From positions 9,149 through 73,148 of the forward strand of contig MVRE01000007.1 of the NCBI GenBank assembly GCA_002067895.1: 64,000 nucleotides of DNA, written 5' to 3'. The position numbers and the translations under genes are program-made. The notes beneath the pieces were generated by a model. It was not told the origin of the DNA. It made no database searches and saw nothing but the letters and a program-made list of their open reading frames with translations. Positions 1 through 9,436 of this stretch are shown here, piece after piece (within the stretch, counting starts at the first letter, position 1; each line of letters begins with the position of its first letter). Origin of the DNA: Methanoregula sp. PtaU1.Bin051. GTDB taxonomy: Archaea; Halobacteriota; Methanomicrobia; Methanomicrobiales; Methanospirillaceae.

Positions 1-1
1 G

Positions 2-106
2 CCACCAGCGCCCGTAATCATCGGCATCGGGCTCCTCGCCTACGTGATCATCCCCGGATTACTCGTGATCTGGGACCGGGTGCTCGACTACATGGGAGGG
101 TACTAA
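2..106 (+). CDS. 3' end of a gene that starts upstream of the window; hydrophobic C-terminus
   Basis: Frame open from window edge to TAA at 104-106; translates ...PPAPVIIGIGLLAYVIIPGLLVIWDRVLDYMGGY*, which looks like a TM helix. No family assignable. Confidence 0.3.
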   Translation, partial: PPAPVIIGIGLLAYVIIPGLLVIWDRVLDYMGGY

Positions 107-382
107 AAACGGAAAGAGTGGATTGTTCACATTCGCGTGAAGAGCAAGCCATTGGCGGGGGAGAAATCCTCCGCGTTCTCATTTTTTGGCTCCGTTGAAA
201 TGCTAATCAATCTCATCTCAAGACGCTCTTGGGGGCTTCGGCTGATGCCTTCGCCCCCGCCGCTGGGGCATCCCCCAAGATGTGATACCAGTGGAAAAAG
301 TTACCGTAGAAAAGAATATTGAATGGAGGATTTCAACACAGCCCATTTTTTAAAAACTTTATGATCAAAAAAATGGTAACCA

Positions 383-2260
383 CTAGTTTCCTTTCGCCAG
401 CACCTTATCCAGTTCCTTCCGGAGAATCTCCGAGACAACCTTCCCGTCCACCGACCCCCGGACCTCGGCCATGACAACGCCCATCAGCGGCCCGAGCGCC
501 GCCTTCTGTTTCTGCTGCACAAAGTCGGCACGCTCTGCGAGGATCTTCCGGACAATCCTTTCGAGTTCCTCGCGGGACACGGCGGGGGCGAGCTTAGCGA
601 TTGCATCATCAAGCGTCGTGCCCGAGGCGACCGAGAGGAACACGTCCTTGATGGCCTCTTTTGCCATCTTTCCGTCTTTCACCGCGTGGAGGATCTTCAG
701 GTCGGTATCAACGGCAAACAGGTTTTCGATATCGGTCCCCTCGCGCCGGAGCTCGGTTGCGACCCGGACAATCGTCGACGCGGCAAGGTCCGGGTTGATC
801 CCTTCGTGAATCGCCCGCTCGATCCGTGGCAGGTACTCCGACGATGCGACCTGCGTTGCGAACGCGGGATTGAACCTGTAGTCAGCGACAAACCGTGCCG
901 AGACCCTTTTTACCTTCTCCGTCAGCAGCTCGGGAACCGCAACCGCGTTCCACCGCTTCTCATCGATGAGCACCGGCAGCACGTCCGTCTCCGGGTACAT
1001 CCGGGCCGCGCCGGGCAGCGGGCGCATGTACGCGGTGCTTCCTCCCTCCAGCATCTTCCGGGTCTCCTCCGGAACCCCGGAGAGAGCCATCCGTGCCCGG
1101 ACGATCACCTGCTGCATCGCGCAGGCAGCCTGCTTCGCGCTCGCGCCGGCAGCGAGGATCACGCAGTCAGCCTCACCGGCCTTGCAGTGCGCCCTGAGCC
1201 GGGCGACCTCCGAATCCGTGATCCCGTACGCGGGCAGCTCGTCTGTATGGAAGATCCCGCCGACCCCGCACTTCTTCGCGTAATCGGAGATCTCGGAACC
1301 GAGCCGGCGGCCCGGCTGGATCTCGCGCCCGACAAGCCCGGCAAAACCGGGGAGGGTTACCGCCTCAATCTTCTTCGCCTTTTTCAGGATCGCGGACTTC
1401 GTGTCTTTGAACAACCCGGTGACATCCGTAATCCTGCCCTCGTCCACCACGGCCCCCCGACTCACGAGCCCATCGCGGAGAGCGAGCAGGTTCGTCTGCC
1501 GCACAGCCTCGCGCCGGACGACTTCAGCGAGCAGGTCGAGCTCCTGCACTCCCTTGATCTCCACCCGCGCGCCGCCGGCAATCGAGATGTTCACGTCCTG
1601 CCGGATCGTCCCGATCCCGCGCTTGACCTTCCCGGTGGACCGGAGCACCATGCCGATGTACTCGGCGGCCTTCTGCACCTCCTCCGGCGTATGCATGCAG
1701 GGCGATGTGGTGATCTCGACGAGCGGGATGCCCAGCCGGTCGAGCGAGAAGATGTCATCCTTCACCCTTTGTGCCGCCTCCTCCTCAAGGCAGATCGTCT
1801 CGATCTCCCCGCCGCCAGGGACAATGCTCTGCGGGATCGTACCGTTGAGCGCGACGAGCGCGGTGCGCTGGAACCCGCTCGTGTTCGACCCGTCGATCAC
1901 GAGCTTCCGCATGGTGTGCAGCTGCGGGACAGGAGTCATGGAGAACATCTTGGCAATCGTCAGGCAGAGGTCCAGCGCCTCGGCGTTGAGCGGCGCCGGG
2001 GGCTCCTCGTCGTTCTCCACGAGGCAGGTCGTGTCGTAGGTATAGTACACGAACTTCCGGTCCCGCTTCATCTCCTCCTGCGCCGCACGGTCGATCTCGC
2101 CGAGTTCGCTCTCGGTTGCCCGGAGGTACCGGAAGAACTCGCCGGAGTGATCGGAGGTCTCCCGCAGCGTGGTCGGGCACCGGCAGAACAGTTTCTCGCC
2201 CGTGTCCAGCTGCTGGTGGATCTCGATCCCTGCGGTGAGCCCAAGCGCCTTATAGTCCAT
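383..2260 (-). CDS. gatE: Glu-tRNA(Gln) amidotransferase subunit E (GatE)
   Basis: MDYKALGLTAGIEIHQQLDT..KLFCRCPT N-terminus and full-length GatE-like sequence. ATG at 2260 preferred over the ORF-track start at 2290. Overlaps the gatD stop by 11 nt. Confidence 0.9.
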   Translation of the reverse strand: MDYKALGLTAGIEIHQQLDTGEKLFCRCPTTLRETSDHSGEFFRYLRATESELGEIDRAAQEEMKRDRKFVYYTYDTTCLVENDEEPPAPLNAEALDLCLTIAKMFSMTPVPQLHTMRKLVIDGSNTSGFQRTALVALNGTIPQSIVPGGGEIETICLEEEAAQRVKDDIFSLDRLGIPLVEITTSPCMHTPEEVQKAAEYIGMVLRSTGKVKRGIGTIRQDVNISIAGGARVEIKGVQELDLLAEVVRREAVRQTNLLALRDGLVSRGAVVDEGRITDVTGLFKDTKSAILKKAKKIEAVTLPGFAGLVGREIQPGRRLGSEISDYAKKCGVGGIFHTDELPAYGITDSEVARLRAHCKAGEADCVILAAGASAKQAACAMQQVIVRARMALSGVPEETRKMLEGGSTAYMRPLPGAARMYPETDVLPVLIDEKRWNAVAVPELLTEKVKRVSARFVADYRFNPAFATQVASSEYLPRIERAIHEGINPDLAASTIVRVATELRREGTDIENLFAVDTDLKILHAVKDGKMAKEAIKDVFLSVASGTTLDDAIAKLAPAVSREELERIVRKILAERADFVQQKQKAALGPLMGVVMAEVRGSVDGKVVSEILRKELDKVLAKGN

Positions 2261-3548
2261 GCCCGCTCCTCCGGTTGCACTCCCCGGCAAGATTTTCCTG
2301 CATCATCGCTGCAGCCTGCTCTGAGTTCCTGGCATTTGCAAGCACCCACATCAGCTTGACAAGAGCAGTTTCCGGGAGCATGTCGCCGCCCTCAATTACG
2401 CCGGCTTTCAAGAGATCGCGGCCGGTGTCGTAGACCCGGTCGCAGACCCGGCCGTTCAGGCACTGCGAGGTCATCGTTATCATCGTCCCGCCATCGACCA
2501 GTTCACGGATCGCCGTAATCAGGTGCGTGCTCGTATGGCCGAGGCCGGTCCCGGCCAGCACGAGCCCCTTGTAGCCGGCAAACGAACGGATGACCTTTTC
2601 GTCCATCCCCGGGTAGAACTGGACGAGCCCGCAATGCTTCTCGAGCCGGTCATGGAGTTCCGGCCTGTTCGTGCCGCGCCGCACGGCATCCGGCGAGAGC
2701 ATAACGGAGCGTGACGGGTACTCCACATGCCCGATCGGAGGGATCCCCACACTCGCAAAAGCATCGCGGCGCGAGGTATGCATCTTGCGCACCCGGGTCC
2801 CCCGGTGGATGGCGCAACGGTCGTCGCTCGTGGTCTCGTGCATCACGACCGCGACCTCGCCGAGCTCCGAGGTCGCCGCCGCCGCGGCACAGGCCGCGTT
2901 CATCGCGTTGTCGCTGGAGGGCCGGTCTGCGGAGCGCTGGGACCCGACGAAGACGACCGGCACCGGTGTCTTCAGCATAAACGCGAGTGCCGAGGCAGAG
3001 TATGCCATCGTATCGGTCCCGTGGGTGACAATGACGCCGGCGACCCCCCGCAGGATCTCCTCATGCACGGCGCGGGCGAGCTCCTGCCAGATGGCGGGGG
3101 TCATGTTCTCCGAGAGGATCGTGTAGAGCTGCTTCGTCCGGTACCGCGCAACCTTCGCAAGATCCGGAATCGCCGTGAGGATGTCGTCGGCATCGAACTG
3201 GCTGGTGACGGCCCCGGTCCGGTAATCGATCCTGCTTGCGATCGTGCCGCCGGTTGAGATAATCGCAAGTTCCGGAAGGTTTGCGTCCTGCGTGACCGGC
3301 GCCCGTTTTGCTGCAGGTGCCGGGACTGACCGGGAAAGACGTGTGCACGCAGCAGGGGGAAGGCCGATGTTGTAGCCGCTTGAAAGCTTGACAACCGCCA
3401 TACCGTCCCGGTCCGTGATGTATGTCCCTCTGCGCACGCCCCCGGCAACCCGGCATTCCACGACGTCCCCGCTCTCGAAGTCCGCTATGATACCAGCCTC
3501 CGTGCGGCACCGATCAGCCTCTTCTCTGCCTTTGCGACCTTTGCGCAC
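2250..3548 (-). CDS. gatD: Glu-tRNA(Gln) amidotransferase subunit D (GatD, asparaginase-like)
   Basis: Asparaginase-fold motifs (ISTGGTIASRIDYRTGAV, VTHGTDTM) and position directly upstream of gatE. The start at 3548 overlaps the argH 3' end by 64 nt, so the start is uncertain. Confidence 0.88.
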   Translation of the reverse strand: MRKGRKGREEADRCRTEAGIIADFESGDVVECRVAGGVRRGTYITDRDGMAVVKLSSGYNIGLPPAACTRLSRSVPAPAAKRAPVTQDANLPELAIISTGGTIASRIDYRTGAVTSQFDADDILTAIPDLAKVARYRTKQLYTILSENMTPAIWQELARAVHEEILRGVAGVIVTHGTDTMAYSASALAFMLKTPVPVVFVGSQRSADRPSSDNAMNAACAAAAATSELGEVAVVMHETTSDDRCAIHRGTRVRKMHTSRRDAFASVGIPPIGHVEYPSRSVMLSPDAVRRGTNRPELHDRLEKHCGLVQFYPGMDEKVIRSFAGYKGLVLAGTGLGHTSTHLITAIRELVDGGTMITMTSQCLNGRVCDRVYDTGRDLLKAGVIEGGDMLPETALVKLMWVLANARNSEQAAAMMQENLAGECNRRSGHGL

Positions 3549-4966
3549 CAGGCATCGAGAAGAGCGGAATCGGCATCGAGCTGTTTCTTCCGACCGGCAA
3601 GCGCCTTCCTGGTCGCGACCGGGGCCGGACCACCGGGAGCTTTCCGGAGCGAGAGGGAACCGGCAACCGAGAGCGCCTTGTCAACCTGCGCCTGCGTCAG
3701 CCCTTTGCCGCGCAGGGAAAAACCGGCCCCGACCTCCTCTGCCGCGGCATCCAGCGCCGCAACAGTAAGCGACCCCTTCTGTACAGCCCTCCCGACAATC
3801 GAATGGGCGGTACGGAACGGGATATCGTACGCCCGGACAAGGGCGTCGGCAAGGTCGGTTGCCGTGGAAAATCCTTTCCCCGCCTCCTCTGCCATCCGCT
3901 CCGTATCAAAGGTTGCGGATGCGAGCATCGTGGTGAGCAGGTCAACGCTCTCCTTTGCGTCCCCCATGCCGCGCCAGAGATGGGGGGTGAGCTCCTGCAG
4001 GTCCCGGTTATAACTCATGGGGAGCCCCTTGACTATTGTCATTGCAGCGGCGAGCGAACCGAGGACGGACCCGGTCTTCGCCCGCATGATCTCCGCCACA
4101 TCCGGGTTCTTCTTCTGGGGCATGATGGAGGATGTCGAGCAGAAGGCATCGTCAAGATGCACGAACCGGACAAACGAGGAGCTCCAGAGGACAAGCTCCT
4201 CGCAGAGCCGGGAGATATTGGTCATCGAGATCGTACAATCGGCGAGCACTTCGAGCGCGAAGTCCCGTGTCGCCGCCGCGTCCATGGTATTGGTCATGAG
4301 GCCGTCGAACCCGAGCAGGTCCGCGGTGAACTTCCGGTCGATCGGGTAACCGGTGGAGGCGAATGCAGCGGCACCGAGCGGGCAGAGGTTGACCCGGACA
4401 TACGCGTCCCGGAGCCGGTCGAAGTCCCGGGAGAATGCCTGCTCATAGGCAAGCATGTGGTGTGCAGGCGTGGTCGGCTGGGCGTGCTGGAGGTGGGTGA
4501 AGCCCGGCATTGCGGTCTCCGTATGCTGCGCTGCTATGCCAGCGAGGACTTCGCGGAGCCTCAGAAGCCCGCCCATCTGGTGGAGTATATCCTCACGGAG
4601 CCTGATCCGGATGCAGGTTGCGACCTCGTCGTTCCGCGACCGGCCGATATGGAGCCGGCCGCCGCAATCAGCCCCGCAGGCCTCGACAAGGAGGGACTCG
4701 ATCCCGGCATGCACGTCCTCGAATCGGTCATCAAAGACCTCATCCGGGATCCCTTCGTCGTGCATCTCAAGAAGAGCCGACATCAGCTGCTGCGCGATCG
4801 CCCGGTCGATGATCTTCTGTTCTGAAAGCATCAGCACGTGCGCGATATCGACCAGGATGTCGGCATCGGCGATGTACCGGTCCGCCGGCATGGAAGAGAG
4901 ATACTTCATCATCGCCCCCGATCGTTCCCCCGAGAGCCTCCCGTGCCTCACCACGTCTTTCCTCAT
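3485..4966 (-). CDS. argH: argininosuccinate lyase
   Basis: Fumarate-lyase family signature region (STSSIMPQKKNPDVAEIMRAK) and length of 493 aa. Confidence 0.9.
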   Translation of the reverse strand: MRKDVVRHGRLSGERSGAMMKYLSSMPADRYIADADILVDIAHVLMLSEQKIIDRAIAQQLMSALLEMHDEGIPDEVFDDRFEDVHAGIESLLVEACGADCGGRLHIGRSRNDEVATCIRIRLREDILHQMGGLLRLREVLAGIAAQHTETAMPGFTHLQHAQPTTPAHHMLAYEQAFSRDFDRLRDAYVRVNLCPLGAAAFASTGYPIDRKFTADLLGFDGLMTNTMDAAATRDFALEVLADCTISMTNISRLCEELVLWSSSFVRFVHLDDAFCSTSSIMPQKKNPDVAEIMRAKTGSVLGSLAAAMTIVKGLPMSYNRDLQELTPHLWRGMGDAKESVDLLTTMLASATFDTERMAEEAGKGFSTATDLADALVRAYDIPFRTAHSIVGRAVQKGSLTVAALDAAAEEVGAGFSLRGKGLTQAQVDKALSVAGSLSLRKAPGGPAPVATRKALAGRKKQLDADSALLDAWCAKVAKAEKRLIGAARRLVS

Positions 4967-5006
4967 CAGATCCCCCGCAAACAGCCTTTGTGTATCCGTA
5001 TGTCGG

Positions 5007-5549
5007 TCATGCGATTAAACCCCTGCTTTTCCGCGCCGCAAGCTCGATCGCCCGCTGCACTGATCCCCGCGGGATGATGGTTGCGACCGGTACATGGACG
5101 AGGTTTTCAATAACAGAAGAGACGATGGGGGCGCAGACGATCGCGATCGCGCCTTCCTTCTCGGCCCGGACCGCTGCAACAATGGCGTCCTCCATCGTAT
5201 GCACGGGATATTCGCGCACCCGCATCCGGTGGCCCCCGATCTCCGCTACCCGCTCCTCGACAATGTCCAGCACCGGCCTTGCGGCAATCAGCCCGATGAA
5301 CTCTTCGTCCCCTACATGGTAGAACTGACGGAGTGCACGGATAATCTCCCGCAGCGTGCTCAGGTTAGGTGAACGCCGCCCATGCAGGATCTTGTAGAGC
5401 GAGCTGACAGATATCCCGCTTTTTTCTGAGAGTTCCCGTACACTGATCCGAAGATCGTGCTTCAGGATGGTGTTTAAAGTACTGACGAACTCCTCATCCG
5501 AGATGAGTGCAGCGCGCATCAGCCTCTCAACCGGGTCGGATTGTACCAT
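5007..5549 (-). CDS. HTH (XRE-like) transcriptional regulator with C-terminal domain of unknown function
   Basis: HTH segment ISVRELSEKSGISVSSLYKILHGRRSPNLSTLREIIRAL. The first ATG is at 5549 (the ORF-track start at 5561 is TTG). Divergent from the ABC transporter. Confidence 0.6.
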   Translation of the reverse strand: MVQSDPVERLMRAALISDEEFVSTLNTILKHDLRISVRELSEKSGISVSSLYKILHGRRSPNLSTLREIIRALRQFYHVGDEEFIGLIAARPVLDIVEERVAEIGGHRMRVREYPVHTMEDAIVAAVRAEKEGAIAIVCAPIVSSVIENLVHVPVATIIPRGSVQRAIELAARKSRGLIA

Positions 5550-5561
5550 ATACAGGTACAA
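5541..5561. promoter_or_regulatory. Perfect-arm inverted repeat TTGTACC-N7-GGTACAA over the regulator start codon
   Basis: Read directly: ttgtacc atataca ggtacaa. Overlaps the ATG at 5549-5547. Confidence 0.4.
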
Positions 5562-5569
5562 TTAGGCCA

Positions 5570-5594
5570 CATGTATACATACTTTGTTTACAAT
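5570..5594. promoter_or_regulatory. Operator-like box 1 (CATGTATACATACTTTGTTTACAAT); contains the 10-bp palindrome ATGTATACAT
   Basis: Imperfect direct repeat with 5614-5636 in the divergent intergenic region. Confidence 0.4.
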
Positions 5595-5613
5595 TGGGTC
5601 ATAACCGGCCGTG

Positions 5614-5636
5614 CATGTATACTGTTTGTGGACAAT
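5614..5636. promoter_or_regulatory. Operator-like box 2 (CATGTATACTGTTTGTGGACAAT)
   Basis: Shares the CATGTATAC...TGTTT...ACAAT skeleton with box 1, 44 bp away. Confidence 0.4.
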
Positions 5637-5749
5637 AAATAAAAATAATCTATCTATTTGTGCAACTTTATTATTCAAAACCACACAAAAGGAGATAAAA
5701 AAAGGTCATATAGGCTAATTATTAATATGCCCGATACTACATTTCAGGC

Positions 5750-6736
5750 ATGAATGTCCTGAAACTAACCGCATTTGCCATGCTTGCACTTGCGCTTGTA
5801 CTTTTCACTGCCGGCTGCACGCAGCAGGCAGCTGCCCCGAAGATAACCGAGCTGAGGATCGGGTACCAGCCCAGCACGCACCAGATGGCCGAGATCACTG
5901 CCATGGAAAAGGGCTGGTGGAAGGAAGACCTTGCCCCATACGGTGTCGTGAATGTCTCCGACAAGGTCTTCCCGTCCGGCCCGCCCGAGATGCAGGCCAT
6001 GCTTGCCGGCGAACTCGATGTTGCCTATGTCGGTGCAGCACCCGTCCTCTCCGCGCTCTCCACCGGGCTTGACGCCAAAATCGTCGCAGGGGTCAACTCG
6101 CAGGGCTCCGACCTCGTCGTCAGCAACGACCTCGATTACAAGGGCCCCCGGAGCCTTGCCGGAAAGACCATCGCTACGTTCCCGCCAGGAAGTATACAGG
6201 ACACAGTCCTCAGGAACTGGCTCATAAAGAACAACCTCACCCCTGACAAGGATGTCTTCATCAAGGGCATGACTCCCGGCGATGCCGTCACGGCAATTAC
6301 AGCCGGTAAGGTCGATGCCATATTCCTGCCGACTCCCTCGCCGAGCACGGTCGTGAACCAGGGTAAGGGCAGGATCGTCGTTCACTCAGGCGAGATGTAT
6401 CCCAACCATACCTGCTGTGTCCTTGTTGTTTCCGGCAAGCTTATCCGCGAACACCCGGAAATCGTCCGGCAGATAATCAAGACAAATGACCGGGCAGTTG
6501 CATTCAACCTCCAGAACATTGACGAAGCAGCGGCAATCTACGCGAAAAAGACCGGTGCGAATCTGGCAGATGTGAAGTCTTCATTGCAGGAATGGGACGG
6601 CAGCTGGGCTTCGGACCCGAATGTCATCGTGGAACCTGTCCTTGACTATGCAAAGATCCAGTACGATCTCGGGTACATCAAGAAGTCCTTAACCAAAGAG
6701 GACATCTTCGACCTGAGTTTCTACCAGAAGAACTAG
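5750..6736 (+). CDS. ABC transporter substrate-binding lipoprotein (NitT/TauT, NMT1-like)
   Basis: Signal peptide plus lipobox-like LFTAGC. NMT1/SsuA-like sequence. Followed by a permease and an ATPase. Confidence 0.8.
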   Translation: MNVLKLTAFAMLALALVLFTAGCTQQAAAPKITELRIGYQPSTHQMAEITAMEKGWWKEDLAPYGVVNVSDKVFPSGPPEMQAMLAGELDVAYVGAAPVLSALSTGLDAKIVAGVNSQGSDLVVSNDLDYKGPRSLAGKTIATFPPGSIQDTVLRNWLIKNNLTPDKDVFIKGMTPGDAVTAITAGKVDAIFLPTPSPSTVVNQGKGRIVVHSGEMYPNHTCCVLVVSGKLIREHPEIVRQIIKTNDRAVAFNLQNIDEAAAIYAKKTGANLADVKSSLQEWDGSWASDPNVIVEPVLDYAKIQYDLGYIKKSLTKEDIFDLSFYQKN

Positions 6737-6826
6737 GGGCATGTCCCAACCTTTTTTTGCAGTTGAGTACGTTACAATAATGATGACCTACAGATCCCCG
6801 GTGGCCTGTAGTTGCACGGCAGGGAG

Positions 6827-7621
6827 ATGAACATTATCAGAGACACGGCACACAGGATCAGGGAACACTGGCTCGGCGCTCTCGCCCTCGTACTCGCTCT
6901 TGTTGTCTGGGAATGTTATGCCTCGCTTGTCGTGAGGAACAGTTTCCTGCTGCCGGGTCCGACAGACGTCTTTTCCGCCTTCATCAGCCTCCTTGAAAAG
7001 GGGATCCTCCTTGCCGATTTTGAAGTCAGTCTGCTGCATTTTGCCATCGGTCTTTCCGGTGCCCTCCTCATCGGCATCCCGATCGGCATTGCCATGGGCT
7101 GGAACAGCCGGGCTGACCAGTTCCTCAACCCCGTCATCGAGATCCTCCGGCCGATCCCCCCGCTCGCGTGGATCCCGTTTGCGATCATCTGGTTCGGCTT
7201 CACGCCGGTCTCGGCCGGGTTCGTTATTTTCGTTGGCGCAGTCTTTCCGATCCTGATCAACACCTACACAGGCTTCCGGGGCGTCCCACGGATCTTTGTC
7301 GAGGCAGGCAGGATGCTCGGATGTACACGGACGCGTGACCAGATACGGTACATCGCGTTCCCGGCAGCCCTGCCGTCCGTAGTCTCCGGGATCCGGATCG
7401 CGACCGGCGTTGGGTGGATGTGCCTCGTTGCCGCGGAACTCTTCGGTGTCTCCAACAACGGCCTTGGAAAAGACCTCTGGTTCTACTACAACCTCCACCA
7501 GATGGACGCCGTGGTTGTGTACATGCTCCTCCTCGGCCTGATCGGCCTTGCGATCGATATGGTTTTCCGGTACTACATTGACCGGCACTTCCTGAAGTGG
7601 CGGACCGGTGAGGTGGCCTGA
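6827..7621 (+). CDS. ABC transporter permease (NitT/TauT family)
   Basis: Multi-TM BPD-type permease. ATG at 6827 preceded by AGGGAG; the ORF-track TTG at 6812 is the alternative start. Confidence 0.85.
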   Translation: MNIIRDTAHRIREHWLGALALVLALVVWECYASLVVRNSFLLPGPTDVFSAFISLLEKGILLADFEVSLLHFAIGLSGALLIGIPIGIAMGWNSRADQFLNPVIEILRPIPPLAWIPFAIIWFGFTPVSAGFVIFVGAVFPILINTYTGFRGVPRIFVEAGRMLGCTRTRDQIRYIAFPAALPSVVSGIRIATGVGWMCLVAAELFGVSNNGLGKDLWFYYNLHQMDAVVVYMLLLGLIGLAIDMVFRYYIDRHFLKWRTGEVA

Positions 7622-7623
7622 AC

Positions 7624-8394
7624 ATGGGCAGGCTCGAGATCGTGAACCTGAGCCAGTCGTTCCCGCGAGACGACGGGAGCCGGCTCCAGGTACTGGAAAA
7701 CCTGAACCTTGTCGTGCAGGACAAGGAGTTTGTCTGCATCCTCGGTTCTTCCGGGTGCGGCAAGACCACGCTCCTGCGTCTCATCGCGGGCTTGGATACC
7801 GCGGAGTCGGGGGCTATCCTTCTTGACGGTGAGGAGATGAAGGGCACGAACGCCAAGGTGGGAATGGTGTTCCAGGAATACTCCCTCTTCCCGTGGCGTA
7901 CAGTCCTTGACAATGTGGCTTTCGGGCTGGAGATGCAGGGAGCAGGCCGGGAAGAACGGTACCGGATCGCTGAGCAGTATCTCGAACTTGTCGGCCTGAC
8001 CCAGTTTGCAAAGAGTTATCCTTCTGAACTTTCGGGCGGGATGCGGCAGCGTGTTGCCGTTGCCCGGGCGCTCGCCCTCGACCCGGTCGTGCTCTTGATG
8101 GACGAACCTTTCGGGGCGCTCGACGCCCAGACCCGGAACATGCTCCAGCATGAGCTCCTCGGCATCTGGGAAAAGACAAAGAAGACGATAGTCTTCATTA
8201 CGCACAGCGTCGACGAAGCGGTCTTCCTTGCCGACCGGATCATCGTGCTTACCCCACGGCCCGGTAAGGTCTGCGAGACCATATCCCTCGAACTTCCCCG
8301 GCCCCGGGACCGGACCAGTGTTGAATTTGCCAAATTCCGGCGGTATGTACTTGATTTGATCAACCAGCCGGAATCACACTCCAGTAAGGTTTAA
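7624..8394 (+). CDS. ABC transporter ATP-binding protein (nitrate/sulfonate/bicarbonate type)
   Basis: Walker A GSSGCGKTT, signature LSGGMRQRV, Walker B LLMDEPFGALD. Confidence 0.92.
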   Translation: MGRLEIVNLSQSFPRDDGSRLQVLENLNLVVQDKEFVCILGSSGCGKTTLLRLIAGLDTAESGAILLDGEEMKGTNAKVGMVFQEYSLFPWRTVLDNVAFGLEMQGAGREERYRIAEQYLELVGLTQFAKSYPSELSGGMRQRVAVARALALDPVVLLMDEPFGALDAQTRNMLQHELLGIWEKTKKTIVFITHSVDEAVFLADRIIVLTPRPGKVCETISLELPRPRDRTSVEFAKFRRYVLDLINQPESHSSKV

Positions 8395-8501
8395 TAGCCT
8401 CAGTCTCCATTTTATAAAAGCAGTTTGCTAGTGTACCGCACCGGTATCCGGTTTTTGGATCTTTGTGCAGGTACAGATATCTGTTCAAGGAGTACAACGC
8501 G

Positions 8502-9260
8502 ATGGTTCGAAAACCGGCAAAGATGTACAGGAACATCTCCAAGAGGGCATACACCCGCCGCGAATACATGGGAGGGGTTCCCGGGAGCAAGATAGTACAG
8601 TTCGAGATGGGAAACCTTGTGCAGGAGTTCCCGACCCAGGTTGATCTTCTCGTAGAGGAGGCGTGCCAGATCCGCCACTCGTCGCTCGAGGCAGCCCGAG
8701 TCAGCGTCAACCGCCGGCTGATGAAGGATGTGGGGAGAGCGAACTTCCGGTTCAAGGTCCGCGTCTTCCCGCACCATGTCCTCCGGGAGAACAAGCAGGC
8801 GACCGGCGCCGGTGCCGACCGTGTCTCGGAAGGCATGCGCCTCGCATTCGGCAAGGCGGTCGGGACTGCGGCCCGCGTCATGCCGGGCCAGATGGTCTTT
8901 ACCGTCTTCTCGTACCCCCAGTACCTTGAAAAGGTGAAAGACGCGCTCCGTCACGGCGGTCACAAGCTTCCTTCGCCTTCACACATGAAGGTCTCCACGC
9001 TGAAAGTGAGCGGTAAGATCGTCGCGCCGAAGTTTGCCGAAGACAAGGCGGCCAAGATCGCCGCAGCTGCCGCAGCGGCTGCCGCAGCAGAAGCACCGGC
9101 CGAGACTGCTGCAGAAGCACCAAAGGAAGCAGAAGCTGCAGCCAAGGGCAAGGAAGCAGCCAAGGGCAAGGAAGCAGCCGGCAAGGGTGCAGCCCCCCCG
9201 GCCAAGGCGGAAGAAAAGAAGGGTGCCGAGCCTGCAAAGGGTGGCAAAGGCAAGAAATAA
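8502..9260 (+). CDS. rpl10e: 50S ribosomal protein L10e (uL16) with Ala/Lys/Glu-rich C-terminal extension
   Basis: [31 protein letters not shown]... is L10e-like. AAGGAG lies 9 nt upstream of the ATG at 8502. Last ~75 aa are low complexity. Confidence 0.85.
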   Translation: MVRKPAKMYRNISKRAYTRREYMGGVPGSKIVQFEMGNLVQEFPTQVDLLVEEACQIRHSSLEAARVSVNRRLMKDVGRANFRFKVRVFPHHVLRENKQATGAGADRVSEGMRLAFGKAVGTAARVMPGQMVFTVFSYPQYLEKVKDALRHGGHKLPSPSHMKVSTLKVSGKIVAPKFAEDKAAKIAAAAAAAAAAEAPAETAAEAPKEAEAAAKGKEAAKGKEAAGKGAAPPAKAEEKKGAEPAKGGKGKK

Positions 9261-9274
9261 TTCAACCGGCCCTT

Positions 9275-9297
9275 CCTTTTTTGTCAATATTTTTTTC
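9275..9297 (+). terminator. Oligo-T termination signals downstream of rpl10e
   Basis: T6 at 9277-9282 and T7 at 9290-9296, immediately after the stop at 9258-9260. Confidence 0.45.
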
Positions 9298-9436
9298 ACG
9301 CCAGGATCGGGTTGTTTTACCACCGGCATTCAATTTTTTCGGGAACGATGCAACCCGCCCGCCGCATACTATCCCGATGACTCATCAAAGAGCACATATC
9401 CGATGAATTCCTACACTGGTCTGGAAGCAGGAGACC

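Noticed and set aside
137-322. 61-aa ORF in the convergent gap before gatE
   Set aside because: There is no motif or start context. The region contains a GGGGGC-N16-GCCCCC hairpin and is better explained as a terminator or intergenic region.
686-2359. 557-aa ORF on the plus strand, antisense to gatE
   Set aside because: The translation is Arg/Pro/Gly/Leu-rich with no recognisable domains. It lies entirely opposite a clearly conserved GatE frame. This is a typical shadow ORF of GC-rich coding DNA.
3803-4825. 340-aa antisense ORF within argH, and similar long shadow ORFs elsewhere
   Set aside because: All overlap strongly supported genes on the opposite strand or in another frame. Their compositions are biased (R/P/G/H-rich) and they have no motifs. 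The others are 6788..7588, 7257..7913, 14184..15089, 14936..15781, 15982..16932, 16782..17579, 20292..21152, 22850..23722, 33761..34276, 46222..46956, 47539..48291, 54022..54825 and 58945..59703.
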